Assembly: GCA_964480345.1 (NCBI GenBank)
Contig: CAYZNW010000003.1
Location: forward strand, 45,493 to 109,492
Length of the DNA stretch: 64,000 nucleotides
Direction: 5' to 3'
Source of the DNA: an uncultured Candidatus Saccharibacteria bacterium
GTDB taxonomy: Bacteria; Patescibacteriota; Dojkabacteria; SC72
The notes below the pieces were generated by a model, which made no database searches, had not been told where the DNA came from, and worked only from the letters and a program-made list of their open reading frames with translations. The position numbers were made by a program, and so were the translations under genes. Positions 20,142 to 29,703 of the stretch are shown here, piece by piece (the stretch's first letter is position 1; every line of letters begins with the position of its first letter).

Positions 20142-20964
20142 TCCACTAGCCTCAATAGTGATACCTGTCCATAATGGTGAGAGATATCTTACAGAGAGTA
20201 TTGATAGCTGTTTAAATCAAACATATGCAAATATTGAGATAATAATTGTAGATGATAAGAGTACAGATAACACTTTAAATATTTTGCGAGAGTATGAGAG
20301 AAAGGATAATAGAATAAAGATACTTCCTGTTGAAAAACAGAACGGTTTAGGCAATGTAATTAATATTGGTATAAAAGAATCAAAAGGAAAATATATTGTT
20401 AGGATGGATGCAGATGACATCATGTACCCTACCCGTATAGAGAAGCAGGTAGAGTATTTAGAGTCGAATGAAGAATGTGTAGCTGTAGGAGGTCAAATAG
20501 ACATTATAGATTCCAACTCCAATATTACAGGAAGTAGAGAGTATCCATATTCAGACAAAGATTTAAGAAAGAATCTTCTTCTATTCCAACCTTTTGCTCA
20601 CCCTGCAGTTACTTTAAGAAAATCTACAGTAGAAGAGATAGGATTGTATCCAGAGGATATGTGGAAAGTCGAAGATGTAAAGTTATTTCTAATTCTTAGT
20701 ACTAAGGGAGAATTTGCAAATATCTCAGAGAAGGTTCTTAAGTATCGTATGACATTTGATACTCAATCTCAATCGAAGATGGTTGATCATTTTAGAAAGA
20801 CTTCTGATATTAGAAAATGGGCAGTTAAGAATTTAAATATTAAACCTACTTTGCGAGAGTTATTTATTTGGAATTTAGAAAAGATAGGTGTAACAGTTAT
20901 GGGTATACTTCCTCCAAGGTTGTTTATGTGGGTATTTGAAAATTTTAGAAAGGTTTTAAAATAA
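20128..20964 (+). CDS. glycosyltransferase family 2
   Basis: 'SIVIPVHNGERYLTESIDSCLNQTY' GT2 N-terminal motif; DxD 'RMDADD'. Confidence 0.85.
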   Translation: MKSDSPLASIVIPVHNGERYLTESIDSCLNQTYANIEIIIVDDKSTDNTLNILREYERKDNRIKILPVEKQNGLGNVINIGIKESKGKYIVRMDADDIMYPTRIEKQVEYLESNEECVAVGGQIDIIDSNSNITGSREYPYSDKDLRKNLLLFQPFAHPAVTLRKSTVEEIGLYPEDMWKVEDVKLFLILSTKGEFANISEKVLKYRMTFDTQSQSKMVDHFRKTSDIRKWAVKNLNIKPTLRELFIWNLEKIGVTVMGILPPRLFMWVFENFRKVLK

Positions 20965-20965
20965 A

Positions 20966-20990
20966 AAAGAGGAGATTACTCTCCTCTTAT
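20966..20990 (+). terminator. hairpin terminator after the GT2 gene
   Basis: AGAGGAG-ATTACT-CTCCTCT. Confidence 0.5.
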
Positions 20991-21098
20991 AACAATATAT
21001 TCAATTAATATCTTTTCGTCCTCAATGTTTTTAAACATATGGACTCATCAGTAAGACTGTTAGTCTTAGAAGATTGATAGTGTGTGATGTTTGCAGAG

Positions 21099-21157
21099 TG
21101 GGAATGAGGAAAATAATTGTTGTATTAAACAACAATCAGTTAGTTCCTCATTCCCAG
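21099..21157. terminator. long imperfect inverted repeat, likely bidirectional terminator between convergent genes
   Basis: Outer arms TGGGAATGAGGAA/TTCCTCATTCCCA with inner ATTGTTGT/ACAACAAT. Confidence 0.45.
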
Positions 21158-21173
21158 GACAAGAGAGAGTTGG

Positions 21174-21866
21174 TTATCTTGGTGTCATCTCATAGATGAG
21201 ATTATCAGGTAACTTACAGTCACCTTCGAAATTCATACATACTTTAAAATCCACTCTTGAGTGGTCGGGAAAATAACCTAATTCAGTTTTCGTCCAGAAT
21301 GGAGAGTTAAATATATTCCCCGGATTATCTAAAGCTGTATTAATGCTAAGCTTCTCCTTTGTTACTGGATTCTCAATGGTCTGTTGACCATTGATGACAT
21401 ATGCAGTATTGTAGTTTGCAGTTTCCGGTACTCGGAAATTACTCAATACCCATACCCTATCTTGGAGATCAAATGTTATTGTACCATACGGAATTACGGT
21501 ACCAGGGGCAAAGTTGCTTATCCCATTATCAGGTCCTATGGCTTTAGAGCACATTGGAATATTGTTAGGTATAAGTGGATCTAATTTTACTCCGTATCGC
21601 CGAAACGCCATCCTTTCAAAGACCGAATTCATACAATCTGTCTTATTGAAAGATTCTACAACTGTTGTTGTAGATGGACATGCAGGACACGATCCTAACA
21701 TTTGAGTTTGTACATTTGTTTGCTGCCCAACTTGCTGGACTTTTGGTGCTCCAAAACCCCAAGCATATGTAGTACGACCTAATTTATAAGCTGCTGGAAT
21801 TGCAAACACCCCTATTACAAATAAAATTACCAACAACAAAAAAACTTTCCATACTTTATTCATCAT
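21174..21866 (-). CDS. secreted/anchored Cys-containing hypothetical protein
   Basis: N-terminal signal/TM; several Cys. Confidence 0.45.
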   Translation of the reverse strand: MMNKVWKVFLLLVILFVIGVFAIPAAYKLGRTTYAWGFGAPKVQQVGQQTNVQTQMLGSCPACPSTTTVVESFNKTDCMNSVFERMAFRRYGVKLDPLIPNNIPMCSKAIGPDNGISNFAPGTVIPYGTITFDLQDRVWVLSNFRVPETANYNTAYVINGQQTIENPVTKEKLSINTALDNPGNIFNSPFWTKTELGYFPDHSRVDFKVCMNFEGDCKLPDNLIYEMTPR

Positions 21867-22250
21867 TATCCTCCATTAATATTTCTTAAAACACTCTCTC
21901 TCTGCTTTGTAATTCCTAACGGAATACACAATATATCCAACATCGTATTAGATACATAATGTATTCCATTAAAAATATCAGAGTAAAATGAAAACTCTAC
22001 TCTATCATCACACACTATTTTATCTAAATATATACTGATTTAATCATTGTATATAATTTAGAAATTTTTAATGATCTTCGAGTTCATAAGAACTCATACA
22101 AGGTATACACCTCTCCTATCAATTCTTATGAATATATTTGTTATTTAATGAGCAGGATCTATATCTATTTTTCTGCTCATATTATACTATAGGATGCCCT
22201 GCTCAGTCAATACCTTAGTAGCGCATATTTTCTTGTGATATAATCGAAAA

Positions 22251-23231
22251 ATGGAGAACTTAGATATTGAGATTAGCTCAACAACATTAGGAAATCCCAA
22301 TGAACAAGGTGGTACTACTGGTGCTGTAACAGGACTTCTTACAGAAACTCTCTCAAAAGAACAGTATACAAATATTATTGTAAATAATGCCTTGAAAGCT
22401 GAAGAGATAACAAAAGAAAATATCCCTGAAGCAACTTTTGGAGTATCCGTATTAGCCTCAGCAATCAAAACAGAGAAGATGAAGGAATTGATATCCTCTG
22501 TAGATTATCCATATTTAGTAAAGTTTAATAGTGATTTCTTAAAAGAGAAAATAGAGAAAGTAAAGGAAGAAGGATATACAGGACTAGGGCTTGGAGTAGC
22601 ACTAGCACAGGAGTATGCCTACGGATTGCTTCAATCACATACTGCAGAGCAACAGAAGGAATCAACTCAAAATGCAGTTTTAAACTCTACTAGAGATGTG
22701 GTTAAGATTCGTACTTGTATAGAAACTGTAGGATTAGAAGAAGAGATAAAGAAGATTCGAGAGGTTAATGACAAGTTGCAGAATAATGGAAAGAATATAG
22801 TTTGGGCAATTGAACCAAACAAAAAGGTTGGAGATGGAACTTTAGTGGATTTCATGAGTAGGTATGAAAATATTAAAAATGATCCACAAAATAGAAACAT
22901 GAACTTTGGTATAGATTTGGATTTAGGAGGCTTACCTCAAGAAGAAAATCTCTTTGCAATTTTAGAAATATTAGAAAGAAACGGAGAAAATAGTTTGCCA
23001 CTCTATCTGTCTCTTAGTGGTCAAGAGTATACAGAAGGCTCTGTAAGAACACATCTTCCATTAGGGGAAAATGTAGATCTTAGTAAGAAACTAGGAGAGT
23101 GGATAAATAGTAGACAGTATCAAGGAAAGAAGATTCCCGCTCTCGTAGTTGAAACATCCCCTACTCAAAATATTCTTACAGATTATGAAAAATTTCTTTC
23201 TTCTTTAAAGAAAAGTCTTACTAATCATTAA
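22251..23231 (+). CDS. hypothetical protein
   Basis: ORF only. Confidence 0.4.
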   Translation: MENLDIEISSTTLGNPNEQGGTTGAVTGLLTETLSKEQYTNIIVNNALKAEEITKENIPEATFGVSVLASAIKTEKMKELISSVDYPYLVKFNSDFLKEKIEKVKEEGYTGLGLGVALAQEYAYGLLQSHTAEQQKESTQNAVLNSTRDVVKIRTCIETVGLEEEIKKIREVNDKLQNNGKNIVWAIEPNKKVGDGTLVDFMSRYENIKNDPQNRNMNFGIDLDLGGLPQEENLFAILEILERNGENSLPLYLSLSGQEYTEGSVRTHLPLGENVDLSKKLGEWINSRQYQGKKIPALVVETSPTQNILTDYEKFLSSLKKSLTNH

Positions 23232-23979
23232 ATCTTAACAAAGTAGAACTATTACTCAATGTAGCTCTATTCTGTTTTGAAATCATGAAAATATCTTTTA
23301 TCATTCTTACTGTCTGACCTATATTTGCTGATGTACTTTTACTTCTATTCTTGTTCATAAAGAAAGGAATAATATCAACTTCATACCCTACCTTACCTAT
23401 TTCGTTCAGAATCTCAGAATCAATTGCAAATCTATTAACCTTTAATGAAGGTAATATTCTCTTAATCAATTCTTTTCTAAACAATTTAATACCACAACCT
23501 ACATCACTTACATTTTTAGGTAATGAAAGTAAGAGCTTGTTTGTAAATATCAAACCAAAGGAAAGTATAGTTCTTCCAAAAGACATTTCAACATTAGAAT
23601 TCTTGTGAAATTTAGAAGGGATCACTGCCATAACAGAATTGTTCTTTATACTTTTAAGAGCATAACCTAAAGTTCTGATCTGAATATCAGTATCAGCATC
23701 TATAAATCCTACAACATCTCCTTTTGCTCTTTTCATACCGTATCTGACAGCGTAACCTTTACCTTTATTTCTCTTATATCCAATTACTGAAACTTTCTTT
23801 AATCTATTCTCTTTAATATATTTCTCCAAAATATCCTTACTATTATCAACATACCCATCGATTACAAAGATGAGTTCAAAATCTGGGTTTTTTCTAGAAA
23901 GAAAACTGTACACTCTTTCAAGTTGTTCTAATACCTCTCTTTCTTTTTTGTATGTTGGTATAACCAAAGATAATTTCAT
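23221..23979 (-). CDS. glycosyltransferase family 2 (polyprenol-phosphate sugar synthase/DPM-like)
   Basis: 'LSLVIPTYKKE', 'IFVIDGYVDNS', 'GFIDADTD' DxD. Confidence 0.75.
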   Translation of the reverse strand: MKLSLVIPTYKKEREVLEQLERVYSFLSRKNPDFELIFVIDGYVDNSKDILEKYIKENRLKKVSVIGYKRNKGKGYAVRYGMKRAKGDVVGFIDADTDIQIRTLGYALKSIKNNSVMAVIPSKFHKNSNVEMSFGRTILSFGLIFTNKLLLSLPKNVSDVGCGIKLFRKELIKRILPSLKVNRFAIDSEILNEIGKVGYEVDIIPFFMNKNRSKSTSANIGQTVRMIKDIFMISKQNRATLSNSSTLLRFND

Positions 23980-24041
23980 AACGATTCGAATAAATTAATG
24001 ACAGATTACATTTAAATAAAGCTCCCAAGGGAGCAGTCTCT

Positions 24042-24281
24042 TTATGCAACAGACTGCTTACCCTTAAGATTCTTAGCGATTGCTAAGACTATCATTCCTA
24101 CAGTAAATGCAACAAATGCGGCTAGGTAGAAAATATTAGTATCTCCAAAACCAGTTGGTAGTGGTTTATGAGGAGTGTATGGGTTATAAGGCCCATATGG
24201 ATTTCCACTAGCTAATACAGATGAAGCGTTTAAGAAGAAGATAGAGATAACAGCTAAGATAGCTGAAAATAACTTCCTCAT
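24042..24281 (-). CDS. 79-aa sortase substrate: signal peptide, Pro/Tyr-rich 20-aa core, LPTG-like motif, TM and cationic tail
   Basis: '...HKPLPTGFGD' is followed by a hydrophobic stretch and 'KNLKGKQSVA'. The gene lies immediately downstream of the sortase gene. Confidence 0.55.
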   Translation of the reverse strand: MRKLFSAILAVISIFFLNASSVLASGNPYGPYNPYTPHKPLPTGFGDTNIFYLAAFVAFTVGMIVLAIAKNLKGKQSVA

Positions 24282-24363
24282 ATTTAAAGGGCTATTAATT
24301 TAAATGTGAGTAATTATATGACAAATATGAGAAACAGTCAATACTATAGGGTGCATCCACTCT

Positions 24364-25002
24364 CTATCGAACTCGTTCTGCGTATCGAAAGATTCTTACT
24401 GGAGAATTGAAAAACTTACATGTATAAAGTATCAAGTCTGCGCTGTAATCAGAGATATATGTTGATTCTTCGCTTTTGTATATCCTATATTTATATTCTC
24501 TCTGATTCCAATAAATGGATATCTCATCACCGTCTGCTGTATCAGGTAGATTGTAATATGAGATCTTGTTTCTCTTCTCTATACTCCAGCTTGTATATCC
24601 AAATCTATGTGCAGCTAGGATAATTGGTAGTTCAGGATTTTCTGGAGTGCCGTAATCTGCTACTATCCAGGAGCCTTGTTTCAATCCTTCATTGTAATCT
24701 TTACTTACAGATATAGGTGATTCAACCGAAATCTTTGGTACTATTACAAACTTCCCTTCAGGTAATGAACTGTTTAATTCTGGAATACGATTGAGATTAC
24801 TACTCTCCTTCTTCTCTATTTGCTCAGCAGAAATCTCTTTTACTATCTTTGCTGTATCTTTCTCCGTCTCATCAGGGTTAATTCTGTACCATATATACGG
24901 CCATACAGGTATTGCTACAAGAATAAAAGCCACTGTCAGAAGTAGAAATCCAAATACTACATATATTCTATTCATTACATTTAACAAAGCTTTTCTTTCC
25001 AT
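24364..25002 (-). CDS. sortase family transpeptidase, membrane-anchored
   Basis: His 'ILAAHRFG', Cys 'LILYTCKF' (TLxTC) and Arg 'VRIFRYAERV' align with SrtA H120/C184/R197. There is an N-terminal TM anchor. Confidence 0.8.
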   Translation of the reverse strand: MERKALLNVMNRIYVVFGFLLLTVAFILVAIPVWPYIWYRINPDETEKDTAKIVKEISAEQIEKKESSNLNRIPELNSSLPEGKFVIVPKISVESPISVSKDYNEGLKQGSWIVADYGTPENPELPIILAAHRFGYTSWSIEKRNKISYYNLPDTADGDEISIYWNQREYKYRIYKSEESTYISDYSADLILYTCKFFNSPVRIFRYAERVR

Positions 25003-25026
25003 GTATAAATCCTATCATATTATTAA

Positions 25027-25848
25027 TTAATTTTTACTTTTTAGAAAATCTTCTAGAATCATGCCACTGTTTATCATCTCTTGCGCATTAGCTTTACCGA
25101 TATACCTAAAATGCCAACTCTCATAGCTATATCCTGTCACTAACTCTGCCCCTTTTGGAAAACTAATCACGAAGCCGTATTTCCATGAGTTATCGTACAA
25201 CCACTTGCTTGCTTTAGTACCTGCAAATATCCCACCTAATCCATCTTTTATCTCAGCACTACTAAAATCAACAGCTGTACCCAATTGATGCTGACTATGC
25301 CCTGCTCTAGCAGAAATCATATCTGCATAATCAGTGCTGCCTCCATTGTATCCCACCCAGTACTGATATGTAGAGACTTGTTGCTGATATGATCGATAGC
25401 CTGAGACCATACTAAGATCTATCCCTGCTCCCATCGCATCATTAATTAAATTTTTCAAATCAGGAATTAGAATATTTCTTAACAAATACTTCTCTCCTCT
25501 GCGGATGCCACTTGTACTAGCTGAAACTAAATCAGATGGAGCGTACCCACTTGGTAATTGATACTGTTTGTTTACATAGACCAACAGATCATTTCCATCT
25601 CTTTTTGTCGGTTTGATATCTGTGGGGTATGTCCACCACGCAATTCCTAGCGTTTTTCTTGGGGTGATAGCCGGAGAAGTCTTTTTAACATACACATCTT
25701 CGATATCTGTGTTCACGGCTCGATGCAATCCTGTCTTGTAAGATTCTACCTCATCGATATGTTGTTGAGTGTAAGGAATCGTTTGTGGAGCTAAAGCAAA
25801 AGTTACTGTAAGCAAAGTCTCCACAACCCCCTTAATCCATGCAATCAT
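25027..25848 (-). CDS. D-alanyl-D-alanine carboxypeptidase, peptidase M15B (VanY-like)
   Basis: 'SGYRSYQQQ', 'HSQHQLGTAVDF', 'ESWHFRY' zinc-peptidase motifs. Confidence 0.8.
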   Translation of the reverse strand: MIAWIKGVVETLLTVTFALAPQTIPYTQQHIDEVESYKTGLHRAVNTDIEDVYVKKTSPAITPRKTLGIAWWTYPTDIKPTKRDGNDLLVYVNKQYQLPSGYAPSDLVSASTSGIRRGEKYLLRNILIPDLKNLINDAMGAGIDLSMVSGYRSYQQQVSTYQYWVGYNGGSTDYADMISARAGHSQHQLGTAVDFSSAEIKDGLGGIFAGTKASKWLYDNSWKYGFVISFPKGAELVTGYSYESWHFRYIGKANAQEMINSGMILEDFLKSKN

Positions 25849-25889
25849 GCCTTGATTCTACAATATATCTCATTTAATATACAGAAGAC

Positions 25890-26110
25890 CTATTCTCTCT
25901 TTGGGTCTGCCCTAGACCTGCCCCGTGGTAAGAACTTTTTCATCTGACCTGAAACCTTTCTCTGGTGGGTTCTTTTAGCCGCTGGTAGAAATTTAGACAG
26001 GAGGCTTGCAGACAACCTGAGCAAGAGCGTCGAACAAAGAACTGTTAGACTGGCATGAACTGAGGTTATGAATAGCTTCTGTAAGGAGGTCGGACCTAGG
26101 TCCGACCTGC
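25890..26110. ncRNA. GC-rich structured intergenic segment (candidate leader/riboswitch or sRNA; class unassigned)
   Basis: It is about 50% GC in an AT-rich genome. It carries a 20-nt perfect palindrome at 26088-26107 and a hairpin at 25903-25924. It lies between divergent genes. Confidence 0.3.
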
Positions 26111-26228
26111 AGATAACTGAAATGGAATATAGTTTCTGTTATACAAGATTGGGATATCGTTATCTAGGTGATGAAGTATATTTTGTTTCTATTAAAATGT
26201 ATGTAATAAGTTAAACGGAGGAAATGGT

Positions 26229-26456
26229 ATGACTTTATCAAAATCAGATTTATTGGTTATTTCAAGTATATTTAATGCTAATTTGGCAGTTTATGATAAG
26301 CGATTTCAGAAGATGGAGAAGATTTTAGAGAAGATCTCGCACGAGAAGCATTTTAAACAAACCAAAAATATGACATATGATGAGTTGGCGAAGAATATAA
26401 TAGAAATAACTGGAGAAGAGTTCTACACAAGAGATTTTAATATCACTAGAGTATGA
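26229..26456 (+). CDS. small hypothetical protein
   Basis: ORF with a GGAGG RBS upstream. Confidence 0.4.
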   Translation: MTLSKSDLLVISSIFNANLAVYDKRFQKMEKILEKISHEKHFKQTKNMTYDELAKNIIEITGEEFYTRDFNITRV

Positions 26457-26460
26457 GGTT

Positions 26461-29199
26461 TTAAAGTATAGCTACAGTGGAAACTTTATCTCCTTCTGCG
26501 ATATTCATGACCTTTACACCTGATGTCTGTCGACCGAGCGTTGGCATATCTTTTATCTCTGCTCTAATCACTTTAGATTTCTCTGATATAACAACGATTT
26601 CTTCATCTTCACTTGTCAAGATTCTAGCACAAGCGATATTGCCTGTTTTTTGAGTTACTCTAAATGTGAATATTCCTGTTCCTCCTCGTTTCTGTGTTCC
26701 GTACTCTTTCAAAAGAGACATCTTACCGTAACCGTTTTCAGAAAGAGTTAACAGTTTCTGATCATCACTTTTAACTATTCCCATGCCTACAACAGAATCG
26801 GTTGCTTTTTTGAATTTAATACCTGTAACTCCTCTTGTGCTTCTTCCCATAGCTCTCACATCTGTTTCTTTAAATCTAACAGATTTACCTTCTCTAGTAA
26901 TGATAATCACCTCATCTTCTCCTGTAGTTGCTTTTACCCAGGTCAATTGATCGCCCTCATCAAGTTTAATCGCAGTTAATCCATTGGATCTAATCTTAAT
27001 AAACTCTTTTAGCTCGGTCTTTTTGATAACTCCTCTCTCTGTTGCCATTAAGAAATATTTGTAACTCTTGCTATTCTCTTCTTTCTCGGCACCCTCTTTT
27101 TTCTTTTCAGATACTTTACCTTTAGAATCTCTAGTCAAAACAGATGTTACCACCTCCTCTGGATCAAGTTGAACTAGATTTACAAGAGGTAACCCCTTAG
27201 CTGTTCTACTCAAATCAGGAATCTCAAATATTCTCAAATTAAAGACTTTTCCTTTATTGGTAAATAGGAGTAATTCATCAAGTGTATTACATAGAAACGC
27301 ATGTTCTACGAAATCTCCTTCTTTAGTATCTCCTCCTGAAACGCCCTTCCCACCTCTGTTTTGTGCCTTATATGTACTTGGCGCAAGTCTTTTAATATAT
27401 CCTGACTTAGTTATTGTCACTAATGTATCTTCGGAAGAAATCATATCCTCTTCTGCTATCTCGTTTACTTTGCTTTTAACGACTTTCGTCCTTCTTTCAT
27501 CGCCAAATTTCTGTTTAATTTCTTCTAAATCAGAGTTAATAACCTCAAGTATTTTATCCTGATTCTCTAGAATCTCATTGTATTCTTTAATTTTCTGCTC
27601 TAACTCTTTGTACTCGTTTTGTAATTTTAGCCTTTCTAAAGCTGCTAATCTCCTTAACTGCATATCTAAGATTGCTTGAGCCTGTACCTCCGTAAACTCA
27701 AATTTGTCCATCAAGTTTGTTTTTGCTGTCTCTTGTGTTTTTGAACCTCGAATTGTAGCAATAACTTCATCCAGCATGTCGAGAGCTTTTAGCAATCCTT
27801 CTAATATGTGAGCTCTAAATCTAGCTTCTGCAAGATCAAATTCATATCTTCGAATAGTGACTGTTAGTCTAAATGATAGGAACAGTTCCAATATCCTTTT
27901 AATTGGTAATGTTTTTGGCTCCTGTTCTACTAATGCAATAGTATTGGCATTAAATACTTTTTGCATCTCTGTGTATTTAAAGAGTTTGTTTAAAACAGCT
28001 TTTGGTTGTGCATCTCTTTTCAATACAATTATCACTTTCATTCCTTCAATATTTGATGCATCTAAGATGTCAGCTATTCCTTTAATCTTCTTGTCTTTAA
28101 CCAAATCAGCAATCTTGGAAATCATGTGTGCTTTGTTCACCTGATAAGGTATTTCTGTCACAACGATTTGATATCTGCCCTGTTTGCCTTCTACAATAGA
28201 TGCTTTTGCTCTTTGTAAAATTCTTCCTCTTCCTGTTGCGTATACATTTAGAATCTCTTGTTGATCATATACAATGCCTCCTGTTGGGAAATCAGGTGCT
28301 GGCATAATCTCTATTAATTCTGTTGGAGTAATTTCTGATTTAAATTCAGGATAGAGAACTGTTTGCTCTTCCTCTATCTTCTGTTTTAATTCATCTATGT
28401 CTTGTTGATATTCTAACTTGCTTGTATCTACATAGTTTTCAAGATAGTCTGCAGGTTTTGAATTCAATGTTTGAGGTATTTTCTCTTTTGATTCCTTCTT
28501 TTTTCTTAATTCGTTGTATATAGCAGTACCTACCCATTTATTACCCATGGATATCATCTTTTGTAAAGCTGTTATGAGCTCAGTAAGGTTGTACGGTGGG
28601 ATTTTTGTAGCCATACCTACTGCAATACCATCTCCTCCATTTGCTAAAACATTTGGGAATAGTGCTGGAAGTACTGTTGGTTCTAATCTAGTTCCGTCAT
28701 AGTTAGGTATAAATGTAACTGTACCTTTTGCTAAATCACGAATAAGTTCTGGAGTGATTTTACCCATTCTTGCCTCTGTGTATCTCATAGCTGCAGGTGG
28801 ATCTCCGTCGATAGATCCAAAGTTACCCTGTCCATCAATTAGTGGATATCTTGTTGAGAAATCTTGTGCTAGTTTTACTAATGTAGGATATACAACTGTT
28901 TCTCCGTGAGGATGGTAGTTACCTGATGTGTCTCCTGCTATTTTTGCACATTTTCTGTAGTGTGCATTTGGAAGAAGATTAAGATCGTTCATTGCAATAA
29001 GGACTCTCCTTTGGGAAGGTTTAAGTCCATCTTTTACTTCTGGCAACGCTCTTGAAACGATTACAGACATAGAGTAATCCAAGTAGTTAGATTTCATTTC
29101 ATCTACAATAGATCTGTATGAAATCTCTCCTGGTTTAAATGTCAAATCTTTATCAAGATCATCTATATTCTCTTGTGTTGTCTTTATATCTTCATCCAT
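26461..29199 (-). CDS. gyrA: DNA gyrase subunit A
   Basis: 'SVIVSRALPEVKDGLKPSQRRVL', 'AAMRYTEARM'; C-terminal beta-pinwheel repeats. Confidence 0.95.
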   Translation of the reverse strand: MDEDIKTTQENIDDLDKDLTFKPGEISYRSIVDEMKSNYLDYSMSVIVSRALPEVKDGLKPSQRRVLIAMNDLNLLPNAHYRKCAKIAGDTSGNYHPHGETVVYPTLVKLAQDFSTRYPLIDGQGNFGSIDGDPPAAMRYTEARMGKITPELIRDLAKGTVTFIPNYDGTRLEPTVLPALFPNVLANGGDGIAVGMATKIPPYNLTELITALQKMISMGNKWVGTAIYNELRKKKESKEKIPQTLNSKPADYLENYVDTSKLEYQQDIDELKQKIEEEQTVLYPEFKSEITPTELIEIMPAPDFPTGGIVYDQQEILNVYATGRGRILQRAKASIVEGKQGRYQIVVTEIPYQVNKAHMISKIADLVKDKKIKGIADILDASNIEGMKVIIVLKRDAQPKAVLNKLFKYTEMQKVFNANTIALVEQEPKTLPIKRILELFLSFRLTVTIRRYEFDLAEARFRAHILEGLLKALDMLDEVIATIRGSKTQETAKTNLMDKFEFTEVQAQAILDMQLRRLAALERLKLQNEYKELEQKIKEYNEILENQDKILEVINSDLEEIKQKFGDERRTKVVKSKVNEIAEEDMISSEDTLVTITKSGYIKRLAPSTYKAQNRGGKGVSGGDTKEGDFVEHAFLCNTLDELLLFTNKGKVFNLRIFEIPDLSRTAKGLPLVNLVQLDPEEVVTSVLTRDSKGKVSEKKKEGAEKEENSKSYKYFLMATERGVIKKTELKEFIKIRSNGLTAIKLDEGDQLTWVKATTGEDEVIIITREGKSVRFKETDVRAMGRSTRGVTGIKFKKATDSVVGMGIVKSDDQKLLTLSENGYGKMSLLKEYGTQKRGGTGIFTFRVTQKTGNIACARILTSEDEEIVVISEKSKVIRAEIKDMPTLGRQTSGVKVMNIAEGDKVSTVAIL

Positions 29200-29208
29200 A
29201 TTTCTTTC

Positions 29209-29685
29209 TTATCTTGCAGTCTTATTTAAATTTGTTTCTTCCTCTGCTACTTGTTTCTCTATTCTTGCGCTTATCTTATCCAATTCTTGCATAGTCTCTT
29301 CTGTTACATCATCTTTTGTAACTGGAATATTAGCGACTTTATGAAATAGTTCTTTCTCTTCATCTTCCCCTGTTTTGTAAACCATAACAGAAATCTCATC
29401 ACTCTCTCTCTCTTTCGTTACAACAAATGCAGTTTGTCCTTCTCTAGAATTAGTACGTCTTTCATGGGATACAATTTGTTCTATTGATGCTTTTCCACTC
29501 TCTTCTTCTTTCTTAGAATAGGTTTCTAAATTATTTCTGTAAAAATTTCCTCCATCTTTTTTCAATATATCTACAATCTCAGGAGTGAAATGATGGTTTC
29601 TTCTTAGGAATCTCTGTACAGTTAACTTTCTAAATGCTTCTGGATTGACTGTCTCTCTACTTGGCGCACCTATTAGTTGCTCCAT
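29209..29685 (-). CDS. hypothetical protein inserted between gyrB and gyrA
   Basis: ORF only. Confidence 0.4.
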   Translation of the reverse strand: MEQLIGAPSRETVNPEAFRKLTVQRFLRRNHHFTPEIVDILKKDGGNFYRNNLETYSKKEEESGKASIEQIVSHERRTNSREGQTAFVVTKERESDEISVMVYKTGEDEEKELFHKVANIPVTKDDVTEETMQELDKISARIEKQVAEEETNLNKTAR

Positions 29686-29703
29686 AATAAAAATAATTAA
29701 AAA

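Noticed and set aside
25860-26110. Possible RNase P RNA, tmRNA or SRP RNA in the GC-rich intergenic segment
   Set aside because: I could not find GGAAAGTCCGG (P4), a tmRNA tag ORF with a GTTCGAnTCC tRNA-like end, or the SRP domain IV consensus. It is kept only as an unclassified structured-RNA candidate.
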